Shown here piece after piece: positions 37,709 through 48,728 of a stretch of DNA of 64,000 nucleotides. Origin of the DNA: Paecilomyces variotii (Eukaryota). Location: NCBI GenBank assembly GCA_004022145.1, contig RCNU01000009.1, one strand, 5' to 3'. The position numbers were made by a program, and so were the translations under genes. The notes beneath the pieces are model-generated. The model saw only the letters and a list, made by a program, of their open reading frames with translations, was not told where the DNA came from and did no database searches. Each line of letters opens with the position of its first letter. Within the stretch, counting starts at the first letter, position 1.

Positions 37709-40700
37709 GGGAAAAACGATGCCTGGTCCGGCCTTTCCTTGGGCGGTGCTGTCCATGATTCATCCATCATCATGAAGTTGAGTTAGTTAACCAGTTAGTT
37801 AAACTGATTATGATTGATTGATTGATTGCTTGTGCTTGCTTAATTATTGCTGGATTGCTGGTACTGTATTGACCCTTTCGTGACTGCAGTCCGGTTCCGT
37901 CCATTTCTTGATCCTCTACTCTACGCTGCTCTACTCGACTCGACTCGATTCGACTTGACTCTACTCTACTAAACTATCCATCCGTTCCTGGCTTGCTTTC
38001 TCTGCGTGTCGCGACGGAGCCATCAAATTATGACCTAGGTACCGAGGTACTGCCCCCAGTCCTGTGCGATTCCCATCCTATCAAACTCAAACCGATCTTA
38101 CGAAAAGGTAAAGAAAAAACAAGAGGAAAGAAACGAAAAGAGAGAGAATCACACAGAAGAAAGGGCCAAAAAAAACGATGATAACACCAGAATATGCTAT
38201 GCTATGCTGTGCGTGAACCTCGATCATAGTCCCCGATCGGATCGTCTCCTCGATAGCCACGATTTGAGAAATAATGTGTGCACCAGCCTGGACCGGTCGT
38301 TTGCAGCCATGACCCGCGTACACGGGCCATCGCCCCCCAAGACTATCGGAGGGCCTAAACTTCGACCGGAAGCTTTTCAAGCGAAAGCCTCCACGGTCCC
38401 TCCCCGGAGCGAAAGCTCGGATGATCGTCCAGGCCCTTGGCGGCCGCACATGGACAGGAACTGGGCAAACTCGAAACATCCATCAGATTAACGGGGCTCA
38501 GCGCTCCCATGGAACCCTCTCGTCTCAGCCTTGGAGAAGACGCCAGGTCGAAGGCTGGCTCCTTCTGGGGTCGCAGCCACAGGTCAATGATGATTCAATA
38601 ATAATAATCAGCACGTCTAGCTAGCTACCTGCCTTTATTGACAGCAGCCGCCGTTCCGTGGATGCCGCCACAGTCTCGAGGGCTTCCGGCACACATTCCG
38701 CGAAACGGTCATGGTGACCATATCATCGGACCAGATAGGCAAAGACGACGTTATTAAAAATCCGTCAGAAAGGCAAGGTAAGGAGGTTATCTACCGATCT
38801 TGACGAGACGGATCAGGATTCGATTCCGGCCGGGCGCGCGATGGCATCGGTCCCCCCCGACTCCCCGAGCAATGTGAGGATGTCCCGGAAGGGGAGTATG
38901 CGTACGTCTACCGGTCATCGTGGGCTGGTGCTACCGCTGAACTCTTGTTCGCTCTACTGTAGGATATTAGGGAATGGAATGGTGACATCTTCATTGACTG
39001 CTCACTGCACTGACGAGACATTTTCTATATTGTCAGATTTTGTTGTCATCTGTGATGACCTCCGCGCTTAAGCGTCCAAAGTTACATTTATTAAGTTCCT
39101 CACCAGGGGCAATATAGAAGCTCGTCTTGGTCCGAGTCCGACTGACAAGGGCAATTCTCAGCCGCTAGGGGACTGCTGTCAAGCTTTTGAACCTCCGTCC
39201 CGACGCACGTCGCCGGAGAAGCTTCTGTTCATGCTCTCCACTCCAGATCCGGAATGTCCTGTTAACCGATCCTTGCTCGTCCCGTCCGTGGCACACTGCT
39301 CTTCCCTTTACACGGTCTGATCATCGTGACGCTCATGACAGGCACCACCGATTTGCTCGGGAGACTTGGCCAGCTTAAGACTTCCACCACGGCCATAATC
39401 GACAAAAGGTCCCTACCAGTGGAAGTGGCAATCTGACCAAACAAGGTTTTGGATACTTGATATGCGTGCCGCCATTTTGGGTCTTCACAGGTCCGTAGGG
39501 CACCACCGCGGCCACAACCGCCGATTGCCTGGTTGGCTGTGGCTGATGGTTTTGCAATTGAACCTTTCTTCCTGGTCAACCACTGGCAAGGATATACTAC
39601 ACTGGTCTTCCGGTGCCAGCATACGCTTATCATGTGGCTGTGCCGTGATCTTTTCCATCGCCCGAGGTATACGAGTCAAGATGGAAAAAGAGACGTGCCG
39701 TCGTGTTTCCCGGACAGGGATACTTACAGGATGCTTGCCAGCCTGAGACACTGTCCTTTTGCCGGCCCTGTCCGTATCTTACTCGCATCCTTCCACTTAG
39801 GCTTCTTTGCTGGTGGGGCATACGTTTTGGCAGAGTGTTGTCGTTAGGCCTGGGCGGGAGAAAAGTGTGCACAATAATGATACCCATGTACCCGAGTGGC
39901 TGGGCCTGGTTCTCAGACTTGCTGCTTTCGAGGCAGGTACCTAATTTCCCAAGAGCTCGTCCCTTTGTTCTGTCGCATGGAGATCATGGAGATCGTGTCT
40001 GCGCGTGCCACACCGGATCAATTCCGACCTCGTCTATTGGGATTCTCCCCAAGATCTGTCATACATGATATCGGGTCTGCGTAGGAACCCGGTCGCACAG
40101 GCAGGAGGAGAAGGTAATGCTGTACGCAGATGCGGAGAAGAATCTGGATCTCCTATCAATCTTATCCAAGCTCCTGAACGAGCTGCGGAAACTTGTTCTC
40201 GCAACGTTGTTTGGCACATGCTCTCGAAGAGTCACCCGATCTGGCTGCACGATCCCTGACTCTGTCAGCAGCCACATGCCAAGACTACATGTCTCGCCTC
40301 AGCTGAGATACAAGTTGGTTCTCGTGGAGCAATGCGGCAACGAGAGGGGTTGTGCGAGTCGTCAGTGTCACAGTGGTGGTACGTAAGTTCCCGCTCGATT
40401 ATCCGATCGGCCTGACCACTGGGGGGGACCAATTCTCTAGACGCGCGATTAATTCCTCGTGGGAATCAATCCCCCTCATCCTGTATGAAGATCGCATAAT
40501 TACTCGTTACCAAGGTTGTGCAGAGGGAGATGGAGCAACTATTTAACTGTCTGAAACAGATACCTGAGAACCGGGCTTGGAAACACAACAGATCGCAGCG
40601 TTGGGCTGAGCAGAGATTATCTCCACCTTCTATGGCCCGCTATATGGAACAGGAGAGCAAGTTGGCTGGTGGTGGTGGATATCCGGTCAAAGTGGTAATA

Positions 40701-40989
40701 ATGCCAGGAGATGAGGTTTGAAAGAAAAAAAGCGAACTACATTTGGTCCTCGAGCTAGCGCAGCTAACTAGCTACCTATGAGATGCATTATCCTACACGA
40801 CTCGCTGCGTTGCTACCTAGTAGGTAATAACTAGTTAGTAGTAGGTTCTCCGAGCACGAGTGCATGTATGACAGCCATTAACAGACTGCATTAGAAACGT
40901 GGAGACTTTGCGTGTGTACTCTTCTTTTCTTCTTTGCTACCCAAGGGAACATGTCAATATACAGCGAGTGATCTGGTACACGACACATG

Positions 40990-41345
40990 CTACAGCAGCC
41001 AGCCCTGCCGGATGGATATTCAAAACATTCACACCCAGTGGTTCAAGTTCTCGTGTGATCTCTTCTCGAGCGTTGTTGAATTGCCGGCAATCCGACTGGA
41101 GCGGCATTTCCTTCCCATCCACGGAACACTTGATGATCCTCTATCTAGCGTTATCTCCTGCAACGTAACTGTTGAAGACACATACACCCATCCACGGATG
41201 CCTTTACAGATCGAGAGTCTATTGCGTCTTCTTTGTTCTTCCGTGGATTTACTGCCCTGACTTACAGCTCGACCGGCCGTCTGCGGACTGTGGCGAAAAA
41301 GTCTTCCCTGTTCCTTGCTCCGACGGAAAGCGATCGAGAGCGTTT
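40990..41345 (-). pseudogene. Highly decayed short-chain dehydrogenase/reductase relic
   Basis: SDR-like fragments occur in the expected order across frames: LSIAF../FFATVR, HPWMG, ELEPLGVNVLNIHPAG. No continuous ORF. Confidence 0.4.
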
Positions 41346-42899
41346 TGAAGACGTCTCCAGATCCAGATCCACTGCCTCCGTTCTTCAACGCCTTCCCATG
41401 GATCACAGCCGGAGCTCGGACTTGGCAGCGGTTATTATTGCAGAAGACTCAGGTAGTCATCTCAACGGTCGTGGAACCCGGGGCGCATCTTTTCAGATAT
41501 TACTTGAAGCGAGAAAAACCTTGGAAATTGGGAATGGATGATACGCCAGTGCCCCTCTCTAGAAAACAGTCGCCTGCAATTGCAGCCCCGCACTGCATCC
41601 CTTCAAGTTCGATATCATTTACGGAGTAACCGTGCTCAAGTCTCGCCGTTTCTTCCCCACTGGAGATCGGACATCCGGCCAGGTCGACCCAAGGAAATGT
41701 AAGCCTTTCCGCCAGGTCTAGGCAAGAAGTGGACGGTTAGTCTTTGGGTTGTGACGCCTCGGAGGGAAGACGCCCCTCGCTGTGGCTTGCACTCGGAAGC
41801 AGGAACAATTGCCCTACTCTACCAGGAATTCTCCGCGGCCGACCGGGAATGGAAGAAACATCCACAACAATCTGCTGCATCACTCGCATCAGGTTTCTTC
41901 CGGGGATATTCCCAGTCGAGATACCTACCCACTGGGGTTAAGGGCACAATGCGTCGTTTGGTCGAGCTTACACCGCACCTCCCAATTAGGTCCATTGAAA
42001 CATCTGAAACTGTTCTCATGACCTTTAGATCCAGACATCAAGACGACCAGCTAGGTTTTGATCGATGCTATGATGTTTCAACCCGACAAGTCGTCTGACC
42101 GTTTCATCTCAAGGGACCCATGCATGAAATTATACTAGGCTACCTACTCCACGTATCAACGACAGCCCTACGATCCGATAAACACATTATTATTACATAT
42201 CGATGAATCTGGAGATCTAGAACCTCCTTCCTTGATTGAGTAACGATGTACAACATCATGAAACACAACTCTGATCGCCACCTTAAGAAGCGAAGCTGTT
42301 ATTATTGGCAGGAAGAGTGGAAAAAGGATTCAACCTATCAAGTCCACTGGAATTGTATCGGTTCATAACTATCCTCTTTCGAACAAACACAGTACGCAAC
42401 TATACTCCCATCCCTATCAGCCGTATCACTACCAGTAGGACCGTGAACTATTCCATTTCACTCCCAGCGAGAGGCGCTCGAACGGCTCCTCAGGCTGCCA
42501 CGTTTGACTCGGGTTTGAAGTCTAAGACAGGAATTTTACCTTGAATCAAATGTCCCTTGCAATAAGTCACGTAGTGACCGACCACTTCTGATTCGATTAG
42601 GCATCCATGAGACAAAAGAACTTGAAACAATCTTTCTCTTTCCCTCCTTTATTTCAAACCATAGAAAAAGCGGCACGAGTATAAGCGTGTACATATTTCC
42701 GAATCAACTAACGCTTGCTTAAGAAATAATGAGTATAATTCACGAACATCAGAGTCAAACGCCCACAATCACATAAACTTGTCGCTGCTCTACCTTTCCT
42801 GTGCGGGATTTGATATCTTGTCGTATGAGTGTTAGTTAACTAGTTACTACCGCTATGTAATAATAAGTGCCGATCTAATGCTGATGCTGACGATTTAAG

Positions 42900-43865
42900 T
42901 GAATTGTACTCAAAAAATATCCCCATCATCCCAATCAAACGGTTTCTTCAGAAGGAGCCATCGTGGGAGTGAGTAAAGCATCTGAAATGGTGCTGCATAG
43001 GCCCATTCCCAGTCGAGGACCGCAACTATCTTCAAATCCCATGCGTTGTTGACAAGTATTATATTTCTGCAAACCGGAAATCGTCGCAAATTTAATTCGA
43101 ACGGACCATCGTCATACTTTTTTTATCAACGAAATGGGGTATAATGGCCGTAAGAATCTTATTATGGAGATATTTGCGACGAGCATCTTCCATATCATCA
43201 ATTGAAGAACCTGTACTTCACACATATAATCCAGAATCTGATAAACTGAACAGAAACAAAGCTAAAGCTGGAGAGGCTGATGATCATGAATGATAGGGGA
43301 AAATATAGTCTGATGCTCCTAGAGTAAAGTGTTAGCGATGGCTGATATTAATAGTAGGCAATTAGGAGACCGCACTGGTGAGTATGTCGACAGGAACAGA
43401 ATAACCAGTAGGACAGCCAAGATATGAATTAATCGGGACTGCAAAGCAGAAATATATAAGTTCTGAAGAATATTAATATTACCCTCTCGATCGGTCTGAC
43501 TCATCTTACCTCGTTCAATATAAGTAATATCAGTAAACAGCCTATGTCTAGCTGTAGTGTCGCCCAGAGCAGACCTGCGAAACGGATGCATGCACGTCCA
43601 TACTGTAATGCAAACGAGCCAAATTCCTAGTTCTTCTCATTCCTCCAGGAATCTATACACTCATGACCGCTTCCCTCCATCACGAGTTGGCCTTCATCAA
43701 CGTGGCAACCTCTATATCCAGATCGACGACCATCCACCTGGGTACATCCATGGGTAGTCTAGGATTACGCATAGCCAGCTCTTTCTATCCAGCTCATGTC
43801 GCGCCTATCCGCGAAACCTTCTTAAAGCATTTGTGCCCTCCGTTCTTTCTTGGTGTTATCAACAT
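42900..43865 (-). pseudogene. Frameshifted aminoglycoside-phosphotransferase (APH/kinase-like) family pseudogene
   Basis: Minus-strand fragments DIEVATLMK, SIDDMEDARRKYLHNKILTAIIPHFVD, YDDGPF, ICDDFRF and ILVNNAWDLKIVAVLDWEWAYAAPFQMLYSLPRWLLLKKP, broken by several indels. Confidence 0.8.
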
Positions 43866-44155
43866 TTAACGACTGTGTGCAATTTCTTTCCTGGCTATTC
43901 GAAGGTGCCCTAAGCATGTAAAGATAAAGGTGCGCGGGCAATTAGTTTATCAAGCTCCCAGAATGAATTTAAACTAAATTTAGTTATGCTTAGGGAGGCT
44001 CGAGGAAGGGGGGGAATCAACCTCCCGCTATCTAGCTCGCCTAAACGCTATCGAAACCCCAGCGAAAGGGATGGTGGTCGCGTTGCTTGTGATGGTAGTA
44101 CTCGACAATAACCTCTGACTGTGTCCGTGACTCAATACATCACACATTAACTTTG

Positions 44156-44762
44156 CTATTCCTCGAGGAAGTGTCCGTATCCGATCTCCGGCGCAATTGC
44201 AAGACTATCCTCCGATGGCCACACGTCTTCACGATTTCTCTTCTTTGTCGAATCTGGCTTTTCAGCGTGGTGTGTGGCCTGGACAAATTCCAGAGTAGAT
44301 CCATCCTTCACGTAGCCGTGACTAGCAACATGGGTGCCACGACGAAGTTGGTCTTCATCTTTGTAACACAGGGTGATATGAGCTCCTAGAGGATCTTTCT
44401 GCCGTTTGCCATTGATGCTCGTGGTGTCATGAACTTCAGACCTACACATAATCAGCGCTGATCAAGTAATCGTCTGTTGTAAAGGTTGAAAAACGCTCCA
44501 AAGTCTGAAACGGAGGAGTTGCCCTTCACTAGACTGATATGGGCTGGTTTCTATTCGTGTGGACGTGAGCCATGGAGAACTGTGGCACCATGACTACTGA
44601 CATAGATGGAACATAAGCATACCTTATAAACACTGCCTTTGGGTAAATCTTCCTGTCCCTAGCCGTTTGGTAGGCCAGAGCAATCATTTTGCGCAGTCGT
44701 TCCTCACTCTGAGGGTACATAGACTTGTGGAAATAGTATTTGACAAGATTAACTGTCGACAT
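44156..44762 (-). CDS. Small hypothetical protein (~141 aa) with His-x-Thr motifs; exons 44762-44623, 44441-44156
   Basis: The GTATGC...TAG intron 44442-44622 joins ORFs 44529-44762 and 44156-44449 in frame: ...PKAVFIR|SEVHDTTSINGKRQKDPLGAHITLCYKD...THVASHGYV. Start uncertain (possible 5' intron). Confidence 0.75.
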
Positions 44763-45290
44763 AGCGATATTCAGCTAGGTATTGTAATGCCCAGTTCCGA
44801 GACAGAAATGATCCGGAAATGGATAAAACTTACCTTTGATTGAGCAGCGACTCGGTCTTTATGCTTCAGTCAGCGGCAAGACATTGTCCTATACTCATTA
44901 CATCCAACGAGATAGCAGGATAGCAAGCAGTCTTTGGGTGCTATTAATATAGAATAGCTTAGTACAGGGCGATCCATTGGCCATGATCTCAAGTTCCTGC
45001 CGCGTAGGATGAGTTGGGCGTTAAGATTTGAGCCAGTGTCCACCTTCATAAGCAGCCACGTCCCTTGGGGCTATAAAAAGATATGGTTAGATACTGACAA
45101 CTTTTAAACAAATCAACGGAGTGGTCTGGTCAACACGCCTAGACTAGATAGTTAGGCTGTTACACTTGCCGCCCCCGGAGATCAGGTGGACCGTGACCAA
45201 CATCGGAGCAAAAGTTCACCCGGATCAGCCTCGTAGTCCATCTACCGTTCAAAACTCACAACAAAGGCCTCCCTTCTTGTACCAGCAACG

Positions 45291-46706
45291 ATGAGGAGGC
45301 CATGCTTCTTCCGCATACGCACCTTGCCCTTGCGCCCGTATTTCCCTCATCATTTTTTGGCTAAGGATAATGCAGGTCTGCCATATATCCACTGTCAACC
45401 CTCCCGTGCCTTCTCCTTCACTGCATCTAAATCAACGGCCCCGACAATGAGCACAAGTCGGGTCTTGTACGAGCCCATTGAGAGCGTGGAACGAATGGAG
45501 TATTATCAGCAGGGTGGCTATCATCCTGTGGAAATTGGCGATCACATTCGCGATCGCTACCGTGTCGTCCACAAACTCGGTCACGGCACTTACTCAACGA
45601 TCTGGCTAGCTCGGGACGAGATATCTAACCGATATGTTGCCGTTAAGATTTGCACGGCAGATTCAGACCCTCTTGAGACAGATATACTGTCCCAGCTATC
45701 AGAGTCTCTAAAGTCGTCAGATATAGGCACATCGATGATACCTTCGATTTTGGATAAATTCAACATCCAAGGCCCCAACGGTAACCACGCCTGCCTGGTG
45801 ACAAGCCCGGCAAGGATGAGCTTATCTGAGGCAAAGAAGGAATCATGGATAGGCCTTTTTCAGATTGATGTGGCTCGTGCGCTGGCAGCACAGCTCGCGA
45901 TGGTGATTCGGTATATGCATTCAGAAGACTTTGTTCATGGAGACCTTCATTGTGGAAACGTCCTCCTCAAACCCCAATCCAATTTCGATAACTTATCTAC
46001 GAAGGAGCTATATGAGCTGTATGGAGAGCCGGAACTTGAGCCAGTGAATCGATTAGATGGCCAAACGCCTCCGCCAGGAGTCCCAAAATATGGCGTCGTA
46101 CCTATCTGGCTTGGTGCATCAAGTGAAAAAATTACACTTCCAGAAGCCAGGATCGTTCTCACAGATTTTGGCCAGACATTCTCTCCGACACGAGAGAAGA
46201 GATTTGAGTCATATACACCCCTTTTAATAAGAGCCCCCGAAGCTCGATTTGAGCCAACAATGCCACTCACTTTCTCATCTGATATCTGGACGCTAGCATG
46301 TACCATCTGGGAAATCGTAGCCCAACGATCCCTATTCGAAGGCTTCCTCACAAACGAAGACGACATGACATGCCAGCAAATCGCAGCACTGGGCCCGCTC
46401 CCGACTGAATGGTGGGAAAAGTGGGAGGGCCGTGGAAACCACTTCACCGATAACGGCGAGCCAAATAACAGAGCTACATCCCAATATAAATCCTTAGAGG
46501 ATCTGTTCGAATTAAATATCCAGCAACCGCGGAATCAGGCGGGGATGCCGACACTTGAATCGAGTGAGCGAGATGCTCTTTTCGCGATGTTGCGTCCAAT
46601 GCTTTCTTTCAAGCCTGAGAATCGTTCGTCTGCTCAGCAGGTTCTTGAATCGGAATGGATGGTGAAATGGGCTATTCCCGAGTATCAGAAGATTCGAAGC
46701 TCGTAG
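45291..46706 (+). CDS. SRPK-like Ser/Thr protein kinase (fungal expanded family), intronless
   Basis: YQQGGYHPVEIGD, KLGHGTYSTIWLA, YVAVK, GPNGNHACLV, HGDLHCGN, TDFG, RAPE, DIWTLAC, MLSFKPENR. Start at 45291 or 45448. Confidence 0.92.
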   Translation: MRRPCFFRIRTLPLRPYFPHHFLAKDNAGLPYIHCQPSRAFSFTASKSTAPTMSTSRVLYEPIESVERMEYYQQGGYHPVEIGDHIRDRYRVVHKLGHGTYSTIWLARDEISNRYVAVKICTADSDPLETDILSQLSESLKSSDIGTSMIPSILDKFNIQGPNGNHACLVTSPARMSLSEAKKESWIGLFQIDVARALAAQLAMVIRYMHSEDFVHGDLHCGNVLLKPQSNFDNLSTKELYELYGEPELEPVNRLDGQTPPPGVPKYGVVPIWLGASSEKITLPEARIVLTDFGQTFSPTREKRFESYTPLLIRAPEARFEPTMPLTFSSDIWTLACTIWEIVAQRSLFEGFLTNEDDMTCQQIAALGPLPTEWWEKWEGRGNHFTDNGEPNNRATSQYKSLEDLFELNIQQPRNQAGMPTLESSERDALFAMLRPMLSFKPENRSSAQQVLESEWMVKWAIPEYQKIRSS

Positions 46707-47727
46707 GAAAGCTAGTAGTGGTCTGTCGCAATTTGATATAGAATTCTTCCTTCCCCCCACCCCCGATGAATCGTGGTCAAGACCCGTCTAAGGTTCCAGC
46801 ATCGGAAGAAACCAGACCACGAAAAAGAAAACGGGACAGTACCTAAAGGGGTTTACGAAGTCTCGCAGACATCTTGGGCCTCCCAAGCTAAGATTTTCTG
46901 GGTTAAGTATCTAATATAGTTAACTGCTCTTAACTATCAGATCGGCGATTCTTATTACTTTAGTGGTCGAGATCCGTTCGATTTGTGATTACGAGTCTTG
47001 TGGATTCCACCAGGTAATATTATAACTATTGGTCTAGGAAAGGGATGTTATGGTGTTGATGATTGGTTTGAGTATTATTTATTGAAATGAACATGTACAT
47101 GAGAATGTGATCCTATGTACTGTACTGTACTTTGTGCTCAGTAGTATGATGAGTATACTGTGAAGTACTGGAGATATGCATACACATATACATATATATG
47201 TATGAATAGAATAGGCGCGAGAGCATGACCTTTTCCATATTTCGGAAGTTGGAAGTTTGCATGCAGACTATTACGCCTTGCGCAGTCTGTCGATACCCCC
47301 TTTTACTCGGCCATGAAATGAATGAATGGGACAGATGTTCTTCCTTGCATGCACCACTGGGATGTGCCAAGCGGAAGAAATGAATGTCATCTGGTCATGT
47401 CGTCATGGTGAGAACTGCGATACAGCGTCGCTGTTCAATCATCCGAGGGCAGTCGTGATGCCACTACGGGAATGAAATATCCTTCGTGAGGAATGGAGTG
47501 GTCTGGCATGGCCGGCGTCCTGAAATGTCTCCGGCTGTAACCGAATTGGTTGCATGATCCCAGTATAGGGTCTAAGCGGATGAGTCGCGGGAGAGCGGCG
47601 GTTAAATTCACCGCTGTGCAATGAGGAGAGGTCCGGATTGCGCATGCATTATCCTTGGGTTGGTTTTGTGACGTATTCGAACGCGAAAAGAGAAATTTGT
47701 CTCACGGATTCGTTTAAGCACTTTTGA

Positions 47728-48728
47728 TCAAGACGTCAATGATCGAGTTCTGGGGAAAGTTGGTCGGGGTGAATGCATAGTGAGCTCCAGCGGCTTGAGT
47801 CTCTGGCCGTTTCGACACAGCAACCGCCAGTACGAGACAACCGCCCTCGATATCCACTCTTGTTCTTCTCTGGTCATCCTCAATTGCCGTCGAGCCATAC
47901 TGGAAGGCTGCAGTGCAATGGTCCGCACGTGGTAACGACAGGGCCCGCGCGCAGCGACGCAGCTGGTGGTGCAGCCGGGGTGCAGTCTGTCCATGTGCAC
48001 TTCTTTGTGGTCTCTCAATTCGAGACATTGAGATATTAGCTGCTTAATGCCATTCTCCAGTGCCCATGCTCGGTACTCAATCTCTGGCCAAAAGGCATCC
48101 CCCCAGAATTGGTCTTCACGGACGGCAGTCTCTACTGCGCCTAACCAGAAATCAAAGGACAGCAGTCGACGCTTGGCGTCAGGAACTACCGTCTCTTGAA
48201 TATAATCTGAGAGCAGACAGGCGACAGCGGTAATACGGATGGTCGGTTCCGAATCCAGCACATACAACACCACACACGCAGGACATCCCTGGGTGGAGCA
48301 CCAGTCGTGCTCTTCTGCGAGGAAACAATTCAGCCAGGAATAGGCACTGCGCGCATCGCCGCGAAAAGCAAGTTCTGCATCCGCAGATTTCCGATCCTGC
48401 AGACGGTGCGAGGCAACTTGTGTGGCATATTTATGGATCTTGAATAGAGGCGCGAAAATAGCATGGAGGATGTCACGGTGCAGTCGAAAGGCGGACAATT
48501 CCTCCGGGGAACATGACTGCTGGTGGAAGGGGCAGAAGCTTCAGAGCGTTAGTATATTCCAACGACGGAGAGGCAGCGTGGCATTCTTCAAGCATACCTC
48601 AGTGTACCCGTCTCCTGCTCAATTCGTTCGAGACGTTGGCGCAAGACCGTGAACTCCTCGTTGCGCTCCAACTCTCTCAGGTCCGCCTCGCGGATTCTGA
48701 ATGGCGAATTTGTACTAGAAGTAGACAT
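47728..48728 (-). CDS. Hypothetical protein (313 aa) with Cys/His motifs; exons 48728-48598, 48538-47728
   Basis: ATG at 48728 (ACAATG). The GTATGC/CTAAC/AAG intron 48539-48597 joins in frame to ORF 47728-48498. Motifs CPFH and EHDWCSTQGCPAC. Confidence 0.8.

Larger units (their letters stand above)
42849..46967. mobile_element. Putative non-autonomous inverted-repeat-bounded cargo element (tentative)
   Basis: 42849-42877 and 46938-46967 are imperfect reverse complements (23/30 by manual alignment). No transposase inside. Confidence 0.3.

Noticed and set aside
38000..40750. Many 60-130 aa ORFs in the large intergenic region
   Set aside because: Random-like composition on both strands, with no splice-consistent model or domain
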